A DNA stretch of 64,000 nucleotides, taken from Candidatus Hydrothermarchaeum profundi (GTDB taxonomy: Archaea; Hydrothermarchaeota; Hydrothermarchaeia; Hydrothermarchaeales; Hydrothermarchaeaceae). Within the stretch, counting starts at the first letter, position 1. The number at the start of each line of letters is the position of its first letter. The notes beneath the pieces were generated by a model that was not told the origin of the DNA, made no database searches, and was given only the letters and a program-made list of their open reading frames with translations. The DNA lies in the NCBI GenBank assembly GCA_002011125.2, contig MTMF02000009.1, positions 1 to 64,000 on the forward strand, read 5' to 3'. Positions 11,833 through 24,555 of this stretch are shown here, in pieces. A program made the position numbers and the translations under genes.

Positions 11833-12399
11833 GTGATGTATTTGATACCAGTTATTGCAAATCGCGGGCAATATAATCATAGGATATACCGGGTCCTAAA
11901 ATATTTAGGGGAGGACTCACGACTTGTGCAAAATACAATATCCATTGATGAGCTTACAGAATACAGGCCTAAAGCGATAGTCATTGGAGGTGGACCCTAT
12001 CTCGACGATGTAGGCAACTCCAAGAGAATAATAGAGAACTTCTATGAGGAGATCCCTATCTTAGGGATATGCCTAGGTCACCAGCTACTGGCAATGATTT
12101 TTGGTGGTAAAGTTAAAACAGCAGAAGTAGGAGAATATGCCGAATCTGAGATAATAGTCGACTATGAGGATGAAATTCTAAAGGGCTTAAGTCCAAGTTT
12201 TAATGCATGGGTTTCTCATAAAGATGAAGTATCTAAAATTCCAAAAGATTTTATAAAACTAGCCCATTCTGAAACATGCGAAATTGAGGCAATGGCACAT
12301 AAAAGTCTTCCTGTATTCGGAGTTCAATTTCACCCCGAAGTAGAGCATACTCCTGTAGGACCAGAAATTTTCAAAAATTTTTTGGCTTTGTGTAAATAA
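11833..12399 (+). CDS. guaAA: GMP synthase glutamine amidotransferase subunit A
   Basis: GQYNHRI, PILGICLGHQ, SHKDEV and QFHPEV (class I GATase triad). Confidence 0.9.
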   Translation: MMYLIPVIANRGQYNHRIYRVLKYLGEDSRLVQNTISIDELTEYRPKAIVIGGGPYLDDVGNSKRIIENFYEEIPILGICLGHQLLAMIFGGKVKTAEVGEYAESEIIVDYEDEILKGLSPSFNAWVSHKDEVSKIPKDFIKLAHSETCEIEAMAHKSLPVFGVQFHPEVEHTPVGPEIFKNFLALCK

Positions 12400-12434
12400 T
12401 AAAATTTAAATAAAAATGTGCGAGAGAATGCGTT

Positions 12435-12725
12435 ATGGAGGAGAGTATCCAGATAGCTTTTAATCTAATGGCAGCTCCATTTGGTTTGCTCGCTTTGTAT
12501 TATGGATATAAAGGATACCATGCTACCAAAGGGGGACTTAAAGCCTATAAATATTATTTCGTTGCTATGATATCCGTCGGAGTAGTATTATTTTTAGACC
12601 TTTTGCGACTATTGAAGATCTTAGATACTCTGGAATTTTTAATGGAGTTCGCTCTCTTCATATCAGCTATATTCTTCATGTTTGCTTTCAAAGATTTATT
12701 AGAATTCTTATTCGAAATACGATAG
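12435..12725 (+). CDS. Small three-TM membrane protein, tandem paralog 1
   Basis: 96 aa; APFGxxALYYGYKGYxATKGGLKAYKYxF shared with the next gene. Confidence 0.8.
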   Translation: MEESIQIAFNLMAAPFGLLALYYGYKGYHATKGGLKAYKYYFVAMISVGVVLFLDLLRLLKILDTLEFLMEFALFISAIFFMFAFKDLLEFLFEIR

Positions 12726-12735
12726 GAGTGAGAAT

Positions 12736-13026
12736 ATGAGTATTGAGCAAATTTTGTTAAACGTCATCTCCGCTCCCTTTGGAGTAGCGGCTTTATATTA
12801 TGGATATAAAGGATATGAGGCCACGAAAGGAGGATTAAAAGCATATAAATATTTCTTTCTAGCAATGGTAGGATTAGGAACCGCTATGCTACTTGACCTT
12901 TTGCGACTTCTTGGAATGTTAAGTAGCTCGGCAGAATTTCTGTTTGAATTATCACTTATGATCGTAGCCGTACTAATGTTATTATCCTTTAAAAATCTAC
13001 ATGATTTTCTTTCAAAGGCATTCTAA
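12736..13026 (+). CDS. Small three-TM membrane protein, tandem paralog 2
   Basis: 96 aa; AGGAGTGA SD. The 20-mer TATTATGGATATAAAGGATA is identical at 12498-12517 and 12796-12815. Confidence 0.8.
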   Translation: MSIEQILLNVISAPFGVAALYYGYKGYEATKGGLKAYKYFFLAMVGLGTAMLLDLLRLLGMLSSSAEFLFELSLMIVAVLMLLSFKNLHDFLSKAF

Positions 13027-13028
13027 AA

Positions 13029-13737
13029 ATGAAGAGAATAAATCCTCAGGAAATATCGGAAATATTGGCTAGGTTTAAGAGACCTGGACCAGGAGACTCC
13101 GAGAAAGTTGAAGCCATCCAGATACTTACGGAAATAGAATCACTAAAATCTAAAAAATTCTCAGGTGCTATATGCATATATCTAGGAGATAAGCATAAGG
13201 ATTCTTATAGATGGCTAATTTTTAGTGAGGGAGAGCTTAAACTCTCTTATTTAGAAGAAACTGATCCATATTTCTCTGTTGAGGATATCAAAAAATCTGG
13301 TGAGCTCCCTTTCAAAATTTTTTATTTTGACGACTTTCAGAAAGAAAATTTGAGATTAGCATTAGAGGAAGCCCCTTCTGTACCTGTAAGTCAGGTTTTC
13401 AATAGAGAAGAAATTCTCAGGAAATATAGACTAAAAGAGCCTACTGAAGAGTATATAGACTCTATATTAAAAGGATATAGAGAGCCCACTGCTGAAGAAA
13501 GAGAAAAATGTGAAAAGATGATAATATCTATAAAGAATGACCTAGCTGAGATGTTTGGAGAGAAAATGGCAGAAAAAATGTTCGAAAAGCAATTTACAAT
13601 GTTGGGGATCGATGAGCATAAGATGACTGCAAAGGATATAGGGACATTATTAGACTCTCTCCAAAATACTATTTTGAAAAAATTATTGGGTCCAAAAAGA
13701 GCTGCTCAAACAATTGAAAAACTTAAGAAAAAAGCAT

Positions 13738-13751
<14 letters not shown>
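13029..13751 (+). CDS. Hypothetical protein, DUF2226-like with a C-terminal helical domain
   Basis: REEILRKYRLKEPTEEYIDSIL resembles the DUF2226 tail motif. Starts 2 nt after paralog 2. Confidence 0.6.
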
Positions 13752-15107
<1,356 letters not shown>

Positions 15108-15131
15108 TTAATCACAAGGTTTTTTAAATTT

Positions 15132-15716
15132 TTACTTTTTAATTTTAATTAAACCTGACGGTTCAATTTCAATAATTTTTTGGAAAAAATCTTCGAAGAT
15201 ACTCAAAACTTGAAGAGTGTGCGCCTCTTTATTCACAAAAGCTATTATGCCGCAGTCTTTGGGTAGGAGAAATTCTATCATTCCTTTGAGAAACATATAA
15301 GTTGGTTTTACATCATTGAGTAGAATCAAATCGGATAAAGGTTCGAAAATGACAATATCTACATTAGGATAGTTTTTCCATATCTCGCTAAACCAGCCTA
15401 GTTCACTTACAGGGATTTCAAGTATCTCTCCCTTTAAGTGCATGTTACCCCCCTCCAGGGGTATTGCAACTATCCTTAGAATGCCTCTCTGAATGTAAGC
15501 GCTAAGCTCAGTAAGATAGAGATTTTTCTTCGATGCTGATATTACTAAAAGAATATCCTTATCCCTCTTAGCATAATACTTAATTAAGTCATTTATAGTC
15601 GAATCGCAGCCCATGGTAGTATCGAACTCTACCAAAGTAGTTTTTGCTAAATCTTTAATAGTAGGTTTTTTTTTCCCAAATATCCTAAAAACCTTAGGTA
15701 AGATATCTCCAAACAC
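15132..15716 (-). CDS. Inactivated RecA/KaiC-like (DUF835-type) protein
   Basis: Walker-B-like IVIFEPLSDLILLN followed by IIAFVNKEAH...FEDFFQKIIEI; no Walker A. GTG start with GGTGA SD. Confidence 0.55.
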   Translation of the reverse strand: MFGDILPKVFRIFGKKKPTIKDLAKTTLVEFDTTMGCDSTINDLIKYYAKRDKDILLVISASKKNLYLTELSAYIQRGILRIVAIPLEGGNMHLKGEILEIPVSELGWFSEIWKNYPNVDIVIFEPLSDLILLNDVKPTYMFLKGMIEFLLPKDCGIIAFVNKEAHTLQVLSIFEDFFQKIIEIEPSGLIKIKK

Positions 15717-15791
15717 TATTTCACCATATATACTCGCTTAGCTTAGAAATAAAGTCTACATCAATAATATTTTCGAAGTATTTTAATGGCA

Positions 15792-18700
15792 TCACTTGTA
15801 TTCGTCTATTGATATAACAAATCGAATATTTTCTATCTCCCACTCCTTGGTATATCCTCTATGCTCTAATTCCTCAGCGATTTTTAACTCCCTGGCTCTA
15901 GTTTCTTGGGAAATATAATTTTGTTGCCGTTTAACTAAATCCACAATTTTTTTATTACCAACTTGTATCTTCGCAGAAATAAATGCTTCAATATCTAAAT
16001 CTTTCTCTTTTCTCATTTCTTGAATTCTTCTCACAAGCTCTCGAGCATATCCCAAGGAGAGAATTTCGTCGGTCCTTTCCGAATCTAGATATACTGTGCC
16101 ATACTCGAATTCTGAATACATGTACTTATCCGGCAGTTCTTCTTTAAATTTCATGTGTTTTTCAAAAAGTAAAACCTTTTCTCCATTAATTTTAATTTTA
16201 AATCCTTCTTTTATTTTGTTTTTAATCTCAATTGGATCTATCTTAGTTAACTCAGAAGCTATTTTTTTAGCTTTATCCTTGAATTCTGGGCCTATGACCT
16301 CAAAATTAGGTTCAACTTTAAGAGAAATCTCTCCAATTTTTTCATTAGGCTCTAGAATATCTAGTCGTAAAGTATTCGTTTGAGTCATAGCAAGATTTTT
16401 AAGGTTTTCCAATGCAGACTTAACCTCTTGGTTTTTAGGTGAGAAAACAATTCGAAGGACTGGCCATCTCCTTTTTATTCCTTTTTTCTCTCTTGCCGCA
16501 GTAGCTGCCTCAGTAAACTTCCTGAGTATTTGCATTTGTCTTTCTAAAATAGGATCTATTACTTTGAGATCATATTTAGGCCAAGTTTCAAAATGCACAC
16601 TTTCTTTTCTGCCTTTTAGATTGCGGTATATTTCTTCAGAAAGATGAGGTGAAATCGGGGACATTATTATACTTAATTTAGTTAGAACTTCATGCAGAGT
16701 AAGATACGCAGACAACTTCACGGGGTCTTCTTTCTCAATCCAAGTTCTGGGCCTAACCAATGGAATATACCACCTACTGAGGTCCTCTATAATATATTCA
16801 TGAATACTTCTCGTAGCCTGGTAGATGTGAAGGGACTCGAAAGCATCGGTAACTGTCTTAATAAGATTATTCAACCTTGAGAGTAGCCATTTATCTTCTA
16901 TCTTATATTCCGCTTTTTTAACTCTAGATGGATCAAATGAATCAATACTCATATAAGTTGTAGCAAAAACATAAACATTCCAGAGTATATTAAACATTTT
17001 CTGTATCACTTTTACTTCGTCCCAGTTGAAACGGAGGTCTTCCCACGGTTTATTTGCCCATAGTACATAGAATCGCAAAACCTCTGCTCCAAATTTCTTA
17101 ATAATATCTTCAGGCAGAACTACGTTCCCAAGCGATTTACTCATTTTTTCTCCTTTCTCATCTAAGGTGAACCCATGCATTAACACGCGCTTATATGGTG
17201 CCTCATTAAATGCAAGAATACCACATCCAAGCATTGAATAGAACCATCCTCGAGTCTGGTCGTGTCCTTCAGTAATGAAATCTGCGGGATACCATTTTTT
17301 AAATTCATCTTTATTTCGTGGAAAACCTAGAGACGCCCATGGAGCTACTCCAGAATCAAACCAAACATCAAGGACATCAGGTATTCTTTCCATAGTGCCT
17401 CCGCATTTACATTTAAACTTTATTTTATCCACATAGGGCTTATGTAGCTCCTTTACATTTTTTACTTCCATGAGTTCTTTTCGAGTACCTATTACCTTTA
17501 TCTTATCACAATTATTACACACCCAAATAGGAATTGGGATACCCCAATACCGTTGTCTTGAGATAGTCCAATCTTTAGCATTTTCTATCCAATCTTTAAA
17601 TCTAGCTGATCCAGCCCATTCAGGAATCCATTCAATTTTTTTGATTTCCTCAAGCATTTTATCTTTTAACTGAGTTATCTTTATGAACCACTGCTCAGTG
17701 GCTCTATAAATTATAGGATTTTTACATCTCCAACAATGCCCATACCTATGAGAAATACTGCCTGAAAAAAGTAGAACTCCTTTTTCTTGGAGATCTCTTA
17801 TTATTATCTTGTCGTCTTTCTTGGTCACAAGCCCATGATATTTGCCCGCTTCTCCAGTAAATCGACCCTGCTCATCCACAGGACATATAGGCTCTATATT
17901 ATAAGGTTCACATGCTTCAAAATCCTCAGGACCATGGCCCGGAGCGCAATGCACACAGCCTGTTCCTTCACCCAAACTCACGAAGTCTGCTAGAATTACA
18001 GTATAAGCATTACTACTTTTCGGCCTTACTTTTATGACATCAACTAAGGGATTGATATATCGAAGGCCTTCGAGCTGCGATCCTCTCATTGTTTCAATAA
18101 TCTCGTACTTTAAGCCAAACTTTTCTTCTAAAATATAAGCAAGCTCTTTTGCTAAGATAAAAACGCCCTCATCCGTTTTAGCACGTACATATTCAAACTC
18201 AGGGTGAACTATCACAGCCAGATTTCCAATTAACGTCCACGGAGTGGTAGTCCAAATTAAGATGTATTCTTTATCTTTGCCAACTACGGGGAACTTTACA
18301 TATATAGATGGATCGCTCCTCTCTTCATATTCAATCTCCGCATCCGCTAATGCTGTTTCACATCTGGGACACCATGTAACTACCCTGAGAGATTTCTCTA
18401 TGAGGTTCTTTTCATGAGCTTTTTTTATCGTCCACCACGCAGCTTCGATATAGTCGTCATCCATAGTCTTGTAAGGAGTATTCCAGTCAAGCCATACTCC
18501 CAGACGTTGAAATTGAGCCGTCATAACTTCTATATGCTCACTAGCCCATTTTTTACACTCCTTAACGAACTTCTCTACTCCGAACTCTTCGATTTCTTTC
18601 TTATTTTTAATTCCGATTTTTTCTTCTACTTTTATTTCTATAGGAAGTCCATGGCAATCCCACCCCGCCTGTCGCCTTACATTTAATCCTTGCATAACCA

Positions 18701-18914
18701 AGTAGCGTACGATAGCATCCTTCAGGATCTTATTCCAAGCAGTTCCTAAATGAATTGCCCCACTCGCATAAGGGGGACCGTCAAGAAAATAATAAGTAGG
18801 TTTATCCTTGATTATTTCCTTACTTTTCTCGTAAACCTTATTTTCTCTCCACCAAGCTTGAATCTCTTCCTCAAGCTCGCTAAAAACTACTTCTCTACTA
18901 GCCTGCTTTACCAT
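15792..18914 (-). CDS. ileS: Isoleucine-tRNA ligase
   Basis: [48 protein letters not shown] and KMSKS. Confidence 0.98.
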   Translation of the reverse strand: MVKQASREVVFSELEEEIQAWWRENKVYEKSKEIIKDKPTYYFLDGPPYASGAIHLGTAWNKILKDAIVRYLVMQGLNVRRQAGWDCHGLPIEIKVEEKIGIKNKKEIEEFGVEKFVKECKKWASEHIEVMTAQFQRLGVWLDWNTPYKTMDDDYIEAAWWTIKKAHEKNLIEKSLRVVTWCPRCETALADAEIEYEERSDPSIYVKFPVVGKDKEYILIWTTTPWTLIGNLAVIVHPEFEYVRAKTDEGVFILAKELAYILEEKFGLKYEIIETMRGSQLEGLRYINPLVDVIKVRPKSSNAYTVILADFVSLGEGTGCVHCAPGHGPEDFEACEPYNIEPICPVDEQGRFTGEAGKYHGLVTKKDDKIIIRDLQEKGVLLFSGSISHRYGHCWRCKNPIIYRATEQWFIKITQLKDKMLEEIKKIEWIPEWAGSARFKDWIENAKDWTISRQRYWGIPIPIWVCNNCDKIKVIGTRKELMEVKNVKELHKPYVDKIKFKCKCGGTMERIPDVLDVWFDSGVAPWASLGFPRNKDEFKKWYPADFITEGHDQTRGWFYSMLGCGILAFNEAPYKRVLMHGFTLDEKGEKMSKSLGNVVLPEDIIKKFGAEVLRFYVLWANKPWEDLRFNWDEVKVIQKMFNILWNVYVFATTYMSIDSFDPSRVKKAEYKIEDKWLLSRLNNLIKTVTDAFESLHIYQATRSIHEYIIEDLSRWYIPLVRPRTWIEKEDPVKLSAYLTLHEVLTKLSIIMSPISPHLSEEIYRNLKGRKESVHFETWPKYDLKVIDPILERQMQILRKFTEAATAAREKKGIKRRWPVLRIVFSPKNQEVKSALENLKNLAMTQTNTLRLDILEPNEKIGEISLKVEPNFEVIGPEFKDKAKKIASELTKIDPIEIKNKIKEGFKIKINGEKVLLFEKHMKFKEELPDKYMYSEFEYGTVYLDSERTDEILSLGYARELVRRIQEMRKEKDLDIEAFISAKIQVGNKKIVDLVKRQQNYISQETRARELKIAEELEHRGYTKEWEIENIRFVISIDEYK

Positions 18915-19026
18915 GACTCATAGCTATCCAAATCTCACTTTTAAAAGTTTTGGATTTAAAATAGGTTTTAGATTTGTTAATCTTTTAAAAGGATATATAT
19001 ACTCAAGAAAGAAATTTAATGATACA

Positions 19027-19995
19027 ATGATAGAATCTATCTGGGTGGAAAAATATAGGCCTCAGAAGGTCGATGAGATAGTAGGTCAGGATGGTGTAGT
19101 TGAGAGGCTTAAAGGTTATTTGAAAACTAAAAATCTGCCTAATATGCTCTTCGCTGGCCCACCAGGGACAGGCAAAACCACCGCAGCTTTAGCGCTTGCA
19201 AAGGAATTATTTGGAAAAGCGTGGCGAGAAAATTTTCTTGAACTAAACGCTTCAGATGAAAGAGGGATAAATATCGTTAGAGGTAAGATAAAGGATTTCG
19301 CGAGGACTCGGTCAGTAGTGGGAGACTTTAAAATAATTTTCCTAGATGAAGCCGATGCTTTAACGAAAGATGCTCAACATGCATTAAGACGCACGATGGA
19401 AAGATATACTGGAACATGTAGGTTTATCCTCTCAGCAAATTATTCAAGCAAAATAATTGAACCCATACAGTCAAGATGTGCTCTTTTTAGATTCAGCCCG
19501 CTGAGAGATGAGGATATTAAAAAAAGGCTTGAATTTATAGCGTCGAAGGAAAAACTCAAGCTTGAAGAGAGTGGAATAGAGGCTATTTTATATGTGGCTG
19601 AAGGAGATTTGAGAAAAGCAATAAATCTTCTCCAATCAGCTGCCGCTTACAGCAACGAGATAAATGACGAACTAATCTTTAAGGTTGTAGCAAAAGCGCG
19701 GCCCGAAGATATAAGGGATATAATAAATCTCGCTCTAGGAGGAAAATTTACTGTGGCTAGGGAAAGATTAAGAGAGCTCCTCATAACATATGGTATGAGT
19801 GGGGAGGACGTAGTAGAACAATTTCATAGAGAAGTCTTTAGATTGGATATACCTGAGGAAGAGAAGGTTAAGCTTGCTGGAATGATTGGTGAATACGATT
19901 TCAGGATAAAAGAAGGAAGTAATGAGTTACTACAGCTAGAATCCCTTTTAGCGCAGTTCACATTGCTGGGGAATCCAGAGAAAGAAACTGAGTAA
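19027..19995 (+). CDS. rfcS: Replication factor C small subunit
   Basis: [30 protein letters not shown] and SRC motifs. Start moved to ATG 19027. Confidence 0.96.
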   Translation: MIESIWVEKYRPQKVDEIVGQDGVVERLKGYLKTKNLPNMLFAGPPGTGKTTAALALAKELFGKAWRENFLELNASDERGINIVRGKIKDFARTRSVVGDFKIIFLDEADALTKDAQHALRRTMERYTGTCRFILSANYSSKIIEPIQSRCALFRFSPLRDEDIKKRLEFIASKEKLKLEESGIEAILYVAEGDLRKAINLLQSAAAYSNEINDELIFKVVAKARPEDIRDIINLALGGKFTVARERLRELLITYGMSGEDVVEQFHREVFRLDIPEEEKVKLAGMIGEYDFRIKEGSNELLQLESLLAQFTLLGNPEKETE

Positions 19996-20029
19996 ATCTT
20001 TTAAACTTAGGGGGTTACCTTTAGACATC

Positions 20030-20902
20030 ATGGATAGGAAGAGAGTCGGAATATTGGATATTGAGAAGCTTATCGAAGTTAAGAGACCAGTTGGTCCATT
20101 CGTACTTATTCCAAAAATAGATGTGATACTAGACTTTCATCCAGAGAAAGAAATTGACGAACACGAGCTACAAGAGGTTATACACTCAGCGATTGAGGAT
20201 GCCCTGCGAGAGGAGATCACATCAATTGATAGCTTTGGGGCATCTATTGTTAAAAAACTTCTTAAAAAAACCGATACCCTCAAGGCTGAAGTAAAAATGG
20301 AAGCAGAGTATGTGGTATACCGCCATGCGCCGGTAAGTAAGCAGAGGACTCAAGAAACTTACAAACTAATATCAAGAGCGATAGGAGAAGAAAAATGTGT
20401 TAAGAAAATGATAGGAGCTGAGGTGGTAGGTATCAACTCTTGTCCTTGCGCTCAGGAGGGTTTGGAGGAATATGCAAGGAGAAAACTAAAAAATTTTTCC
20501 CAGAGGGATATTGAAAGAATAATAAGGTCTATTCCAATCGCCAGCCATAATCAGCGGAACATATCGACACTTCTAATTGAAGTCCCTGAAAAATATAACA
20601 TCGAAGCTGAAGATTTAATTGAGATCCTAGAAGAATCGATGAGTTCTAAAGTATATGAAGTGTTAAAGAGAGAAGACGAAGTAGAAGTCGTTATAAAAAG
20701 CCATATGAATCCTAATTTCGTAGAGGATACTGTGAGGAAAATTCTGATAAAAGTCGTGCAAAAATATAGGGATTTACCTGGTGAAAGCGTCGTTATCGCA
20801 AGAAGTGAGAGCCTAGAAAGTATACACCAACATAATGCAGTTGCCGAGAGAGTTGCCCTTCTAAAAGAACTAAGGAGAGAGATTTCTAGCGCAAGTACTT
20901 AA
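20030..20902 (+). CDS. mptA: GTP cyclohydrolase MptA (FolE2 family)
   Basis: SCPCAQE, HNQR, LKREDE, FVEDTVR and ESIHQHNA. Confidence 0.9.
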   Translation: MDRKRVGILDIEKLIEVKRPVGPFVLIPKIDVILDFHPEKEIDEHELQEVIHSAIEDALREEITSIDSFGASIVKKLLKKTDTLKAEVKMEAEYVVYRHAPVSKQRTQETYKLISRAIGEEKCVKKMIGAEVVGINSCPCAQEGLEEYARRKLKNFSQRDIERIIRSIPIASHNQRNISTLLIEVPEKYNIEAEDLIEILEESMSSKVYEVLKREDEVEVVIKSHMNPNFVEDTVRKILIKVVQKYRDLPGESVVIARSESLESIHQHNAVAERVALLKELRREISSAST

Positions 20903-21065
20903 GCTTCTGCAATCTATCTTTCAGCTGCTCTAATTCTTCTCTAGAAAGTTCCACTCCGCCTTGTAATTTTTTAAGTTTTTTTTGCACTTGCTGGATTCTA
21001 AATAAAAGAACAATATTAGTAGCTAAGCTTATTAAAAGAAGGGAATAAATAAGAGTCTGATTCAT
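20886..21065 (-). CDS. Small protein (59 aa): N-terminal TM helix plus coiled coil; below the ORF-track cutoff
   Basis: Manual translation MNQTLIYSLLLISLATNIVLLFRIQQVQKKLKKLQGGVELSREELEQLKDRLQKLKYLR. Starts 1 nt after the minD stop, with a GAGG SD. Confidence 0.7.
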   Translation of the reverse strand: MNQTLIYSLLLISLATNIVLLFRIQQVQKKLKKLQGGVELSREELEQLKDRLQKLKYLR

Positions 21066-21066
21066 T

Positions 21067-21858
21067 TTACCCTCTCCCGAAAAAACCCTTCGTCAATCTG
21101 TCTAAAAATTTTTCTTTTGTAACCTCTAAGGGCCTAAACTCTTCACCCACAAGTTCTGCGGCTAATTTCCTTATCGCCACAGCCGCAGGAGAATTTGGGT
21201 TAGCTAATACGATAGGTTTACCAAAAGCTGAGCTTCTCCTTACTTCAGGGTCTTCCGGAATTACAGCTAGGACTTTAGCTTCAAGGATAACCTCCACCTC
21301 TCTAATACTCAAATCCGATTTGTCATAACCCGCTCTATTTAATACGACTCCAAGTACATGCGACCCAAGTTTTTTGGCAACTATTTTGGTCTTTAATGCA
21401 TCTGACATGGCGGAGATTTCTGGATTAGTTACTAAAAGCAACTCTTGACCAGCCGCCAAAGCTGTTACAACACTTCTACCCAGTCCGGCTGGAGCATCTA
21501 TTATCAAAATTTCGGTAGTCTTAAGAAGTTCATTTAAAACTTTTTCCAATCTGTCGGGATCTGCTTTCCGTAATCCATCTAAACTTATACCTGCGGGTAT
21601 AACCTTTACACCGCCCGGGCCTTCGTAAATAGCATCCTTAACATCCGCCTCGCCAGCAAGAACATCATGAAGTGTGAACTTCATTCCTTCTAATCCAAGA
21701 TGTAATTCAAGGTTAGCCATCTCGATATCAGCGTCGAGAATAACAACGTCTTTACCCAGTTGCGCCAACGCTACACCTAAATTTGCTGCTACTACTGTCT
21801 TCCCTGTCCCCCCCTTACCTGATGCTACTGTAATAGAAAGGCCCATTTTATCCTTCAA
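21067..21858 (-). CDS. minD: Archaeal MinD-family ATPase
   Basis: [32 protein letters not shown] and a C-terminal amphipathic [11 protein letters not shown]. Confidence 0.93.
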   Translation of the reverse strand: MKDKMGLSITVASGKGGTGKTVVAANLGVALAQLGKDVVILDADIEMANLELHLGLEGMKFTLHDVLAGEADVKDAIYEGPGGVKVIPAGISLDGLRKADPDRLEKVLNELLKTTEILIIDAPAGLGRSVVTALAAGQELLLVTNPEISAMSDALKTKIVAKKLGSHVLGVVLNRAGYDKSDLSIREVEVILEAKVLAVIPEDPEVRRSSAFGKPIVLANPNSPAAVAIRKLAAELVGEEFRPLEVTKEKFLDRLTKGFFGRG

Positions 21859-21898
21859 TAGGTGTGCGGTACTAATTTATATATTTATTCTTACTCAT

Positions 21899-22582
21899 TT
21901 ATTCCTGTAAGATAAGATTTTTTATACAAAACTCAAGAGCCTCTTCTCCACCTTCACCAAAAGAGGATCTAGTAACATAATCTGACACGTCTTTTAAACT
22001 CTCTTCACCTACAGATATTGAATATCCAGCTATCTCAAGCATTTCTCGGTCGTTCTCGCTATCTCCTATAGCGGCTATTTCAGATAACTGTATACCCAAG
22101 AACTTGGCTACTTCTTCTAGCGCCTTACCCTTACTAACAGCCGGGTCTTTTATGTGGATTGCAAATTTAGTATCCACGATACTGACATCAAAATCTTGTA
22201 GGGCTTTTTTTAATTCGTTAACCTCAAAATCACGATAGATAGCTATCTCGGTTTTCCGGAGTTCTGATCTTTTAATTTTCCTAACATTATATCTTTTCGC
22301 CAAATCCTGAAAAGCTTTTTCAACTTTTTTTATGTCACCAATGTACCTTACTTCATCTGTTCTCGGATTTGCAACTATCCCTCCATTTTCAGCTATCACA
22401 GGTCCAGTGGTTCCTATAAAAACACTAGCAGCCTCCGCAATACACAAGACATTTCCAGTGGCAAGGATAACGGGCACTCCAAGAGATTCTATTTCTCTAA
22501 TCTTAGTAACTGCTCCCAAGTGTAGCCTACGATTCTCGTCTGTTAAAGTACCATCGACATCTATTGCTATAGCTTTGAGCAT
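21899..22582 (-). CDS. Phosphoglycolate phosphatase (HAD, Cof/SPP-like)
   Basis: DVDGTLT, ATGN, AENGG, SKG and GDSENDREM. Confidence 0.88.
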   Translation of the reverse strand: MLKAIAIDVDGTLTDENRRLHLGAVTKIREIESLGVPVILATGNVLCIAEAASVFIGTTGPVIAENGGIVANPRTDEVRYIGDIKKVEKAFQDLAKRYNVRKIKRSELRKTEIAIYRDFEVNELKKALQDFDVSIVDTKFAIHIKDPAVSKGKALEEVAKFLGIQLSEIAAIGDSENDREMLEIAGYSISVGEESLKDVSDYVTRSSFGEGGEEALEFCIKNLILQE

Positions 22583-22640
22583 GGTTATTAATGTTAAAAA
22601 AGGCTTTTATATCAGTCTTGTGGTTATATTTTTTTAATCA

Positions 22641-24044
22641 TTGAAGTATGACCTTAAAAGGCCTTTTTCCGAGTTGGTTGTTGTGGATATTTCTAACTGC
22701 TACAAATATGAGGAAGATATTAGGGAAATCGAGAGTAAAGTCGGAGCAAAATATAAGACATTTATTACAGACAAAGAAAAAATAATTAAAACTATCGAAG
22801 ATTTAAAGACCGAGTTTCCAACATTGCCAGAAGAATCGATAAGATGTTTCGTATATGATAAGCTGAGCATGAAAAGTTTGACCCCTCTACTTCTTGAAGA
22901 TAACCTTGAGGAGATCATGGTCATAGGGCAAAGTTGCCCAGTATATGTCTTCGATAAAGAGAAAGGGATGGTTCAGACGGATATCAAACTAGAAGATGAA
23001 GAAATAAGAGAGATTATTAACAGAGTCGCCAAGTACTCTGGGCGTGTTGTCGATGACTCTAATCCCCTTCTAGATGCAAGACTACCAGATGGTTCTAGGG
23101 TAAATGCAACTCTTAGAAGCGTGACACCAAGAGGGTCTACAATAACGATTCGTAGATTTGGAAAGGAAAGCCTCACTATTTCCGACCTTATTCGATTTAA
23201 AACCATGAGCACTCAGTTAGCTGCCTTTCTTTGGCTGGTAGTGGAAGGATTAAGGACCAAGCCAGCAAATATTATGATATTGGGGGGAACTGCTAGTGGT
23301 AAAACAACCACGTTGAATGTTCTTTCATATTTTATTCCGCAGGAGGAAAGAATAATCAGCATCGAAGATACTCTCGAAGTGAACTTAAGACACCAACACT
23401 GGATTCCTATGGAGACTAAGCCTCCTGAACCGGGTCGGCAAAACGAAGTAACGATGGATGATTTACTAAAGAACGCATTAAGAATGAGGCCTGATAGGAT
23501 TATTGTTGGCGAAGTTAGAGCTCAAGAGGCTTTAACCCTATTTACTGCGATGAATACTGGCCACGAAGGTTGCCTGGCGACTATTCATGCAAATTCTGCG
23601 AGGGAAGCCTTAACCAGACTGCAAAGCCATCCTATGAATGTGCCCGGTGTTATGATACCCGCCTTAGATTTGATTATAGCACAACGTAGACATATGGAGA
23701 AGGGCAGACTAATGAGGAGTATATTTGAAGTTGCAGAGATCGGTGGAAGAGAAGGCGACAATATACTAACAAATACTCTCTTCCAATACAATCCTGTTAA
23801 GGGAACTCTTGAAACTAAGCTGTTAAATGGCAAGATAATACAAGAGTTATCTTCACTAACTAATCTATCTGTTAAAGAGATAGACGCTGAGATAGATAGG
23901 AGAGAGGCACTATTAGATACCATCGCAAAAAGTAATTTGCATCAAAACGAAATACATGAGCTCATCCAATTGTATTACAAGGACCCTGATGAAGCTATAG
24001 ATTTGCTATACGAAAAAGTAAAGAATAATCAAGACGCCTCTTAG
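22641..24044 (+). CDS. CpaF/VirB11-family (type IV pilus / secretion) ATPase
   Basis: DARLPDGSRVN, GGTASGKTT, IEDTLE, LRMRPDRIIVGEVR and NTGHEG...TIHA. Confidence 0.92.
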   Translation: MKYDLKRPFSELVVVDISNCYKYEEDIREIESKVGAKYKTFITDKEKIIKTIEDLKTEFPTLPEESIRCFVYDKLSMKSLTPLLLEDNLEEIMVIGQSCPVYVFDKEKGMVQTDIKLEDEEIREIINRVAKYSGRVVDDSNPLLDARLPDGSRVNATLRSVTPRGSTITIRRFGKESLTISDLIRFKTMSTQLAAFLWLVVEGLRTKPANIMILGGTASGKTTTLNVLSYFIPQEERIISIEDTLEVNLRHQHWIPMETKPPEPGRQNEVTMDDLLKNALRMRPDRIIVGEVRAQEALTLFTAMNTGHEGCLATIHANSAREALTRLQSHPMNVPGVMIPALDLIIAQRRHMEKGRLMRSIFEVAEIGGREGDNILTNTLFQYNPVKGTLETKLLNGKIIQELSSLTNLSVKEIDAEIDRREALLDTIAKSNLHQNEIHELIQLYYKDPDEAIDLLYEKVKNNQDAS

Positions 24045-24054
24045 ATCCGAAAAT

Positions 24055-24555
24055 CTACTTTACTTTGACATCGATCTCCTTCTTATTTGCGTAAATGATT
24101 TTTTTAACTTTAACTTTAGCGTTCTTTTTAAGGGTAAACTTATTAATGGACTTATCGGGCTGAATTCCATTAACTTCATATATATAGTAGCCTCCCTCCC
24201 CGTCAATGCTTGTGATATACTCTCTATCTCCGACTTTCTCTATGTTTACTCCAGAAACCTCTTTCAAAACATCGAGGATAGTAGAACCTTTTGGAACTTG
24301 CACTTCGTATTTTTCTTGGAAATTGTCAATCAACTCATAGATTTTCTCAATTCTCGCATGAAGCACATGGCTTCTCCCAAATTTTTTCCTTTCTATTAAA
24401 CCATTCTCTTCCAGAATTTTCACATGCTTAGCCGTAACTGGAACCGATATACCTAACTCTCTCGCTACCTCTGTAATATGCATTTCTTTTTTCAGAAGAA
24501 TTTTGAGTATTTTTCTCCTCGTCTCACTACTCAAAGCTTTAAACATATTATCCAA
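24055..24555 (-). CDS. ArsR-family regulator fused to a DUF4430 / transcobalamin-C-like domain
   Basis: FKALSSETRRKIL...KHVKILEENGLI is an ArsR HTH. STILDVL...ITSIDG..YYIYEVNG..PDKSINKFTLK follows the DUF4430 pattern. Confidence 0.75.
   Translation of the reverse strand: MDNMFKALSSETRRKILKILLKKEMHITEVARELGISVPVTAKHVKILEENGLIERKKFGRSHVLHARIEKIYELIDNFQEKYEVQVPKGSTILDVLKEVSGVNIEKVGDREYITSIDGEGGYYIYEVNGIQPDKSINKFTLKKNAKVKVKKIIYANKKEIDVKVK

Noticed and set aside
18745-18790. HLGT in place of the HIGH motif in IleRS
   Set aside because: A variant I recognise from archaeal IleRS; the rest of the enzyme is canonical.
19027-19995. Possible inteins in rfcS (also checked lhr)
   Set aside because: These are common intein hosts, but the lengths are ordinary and the motifs are contiguous.
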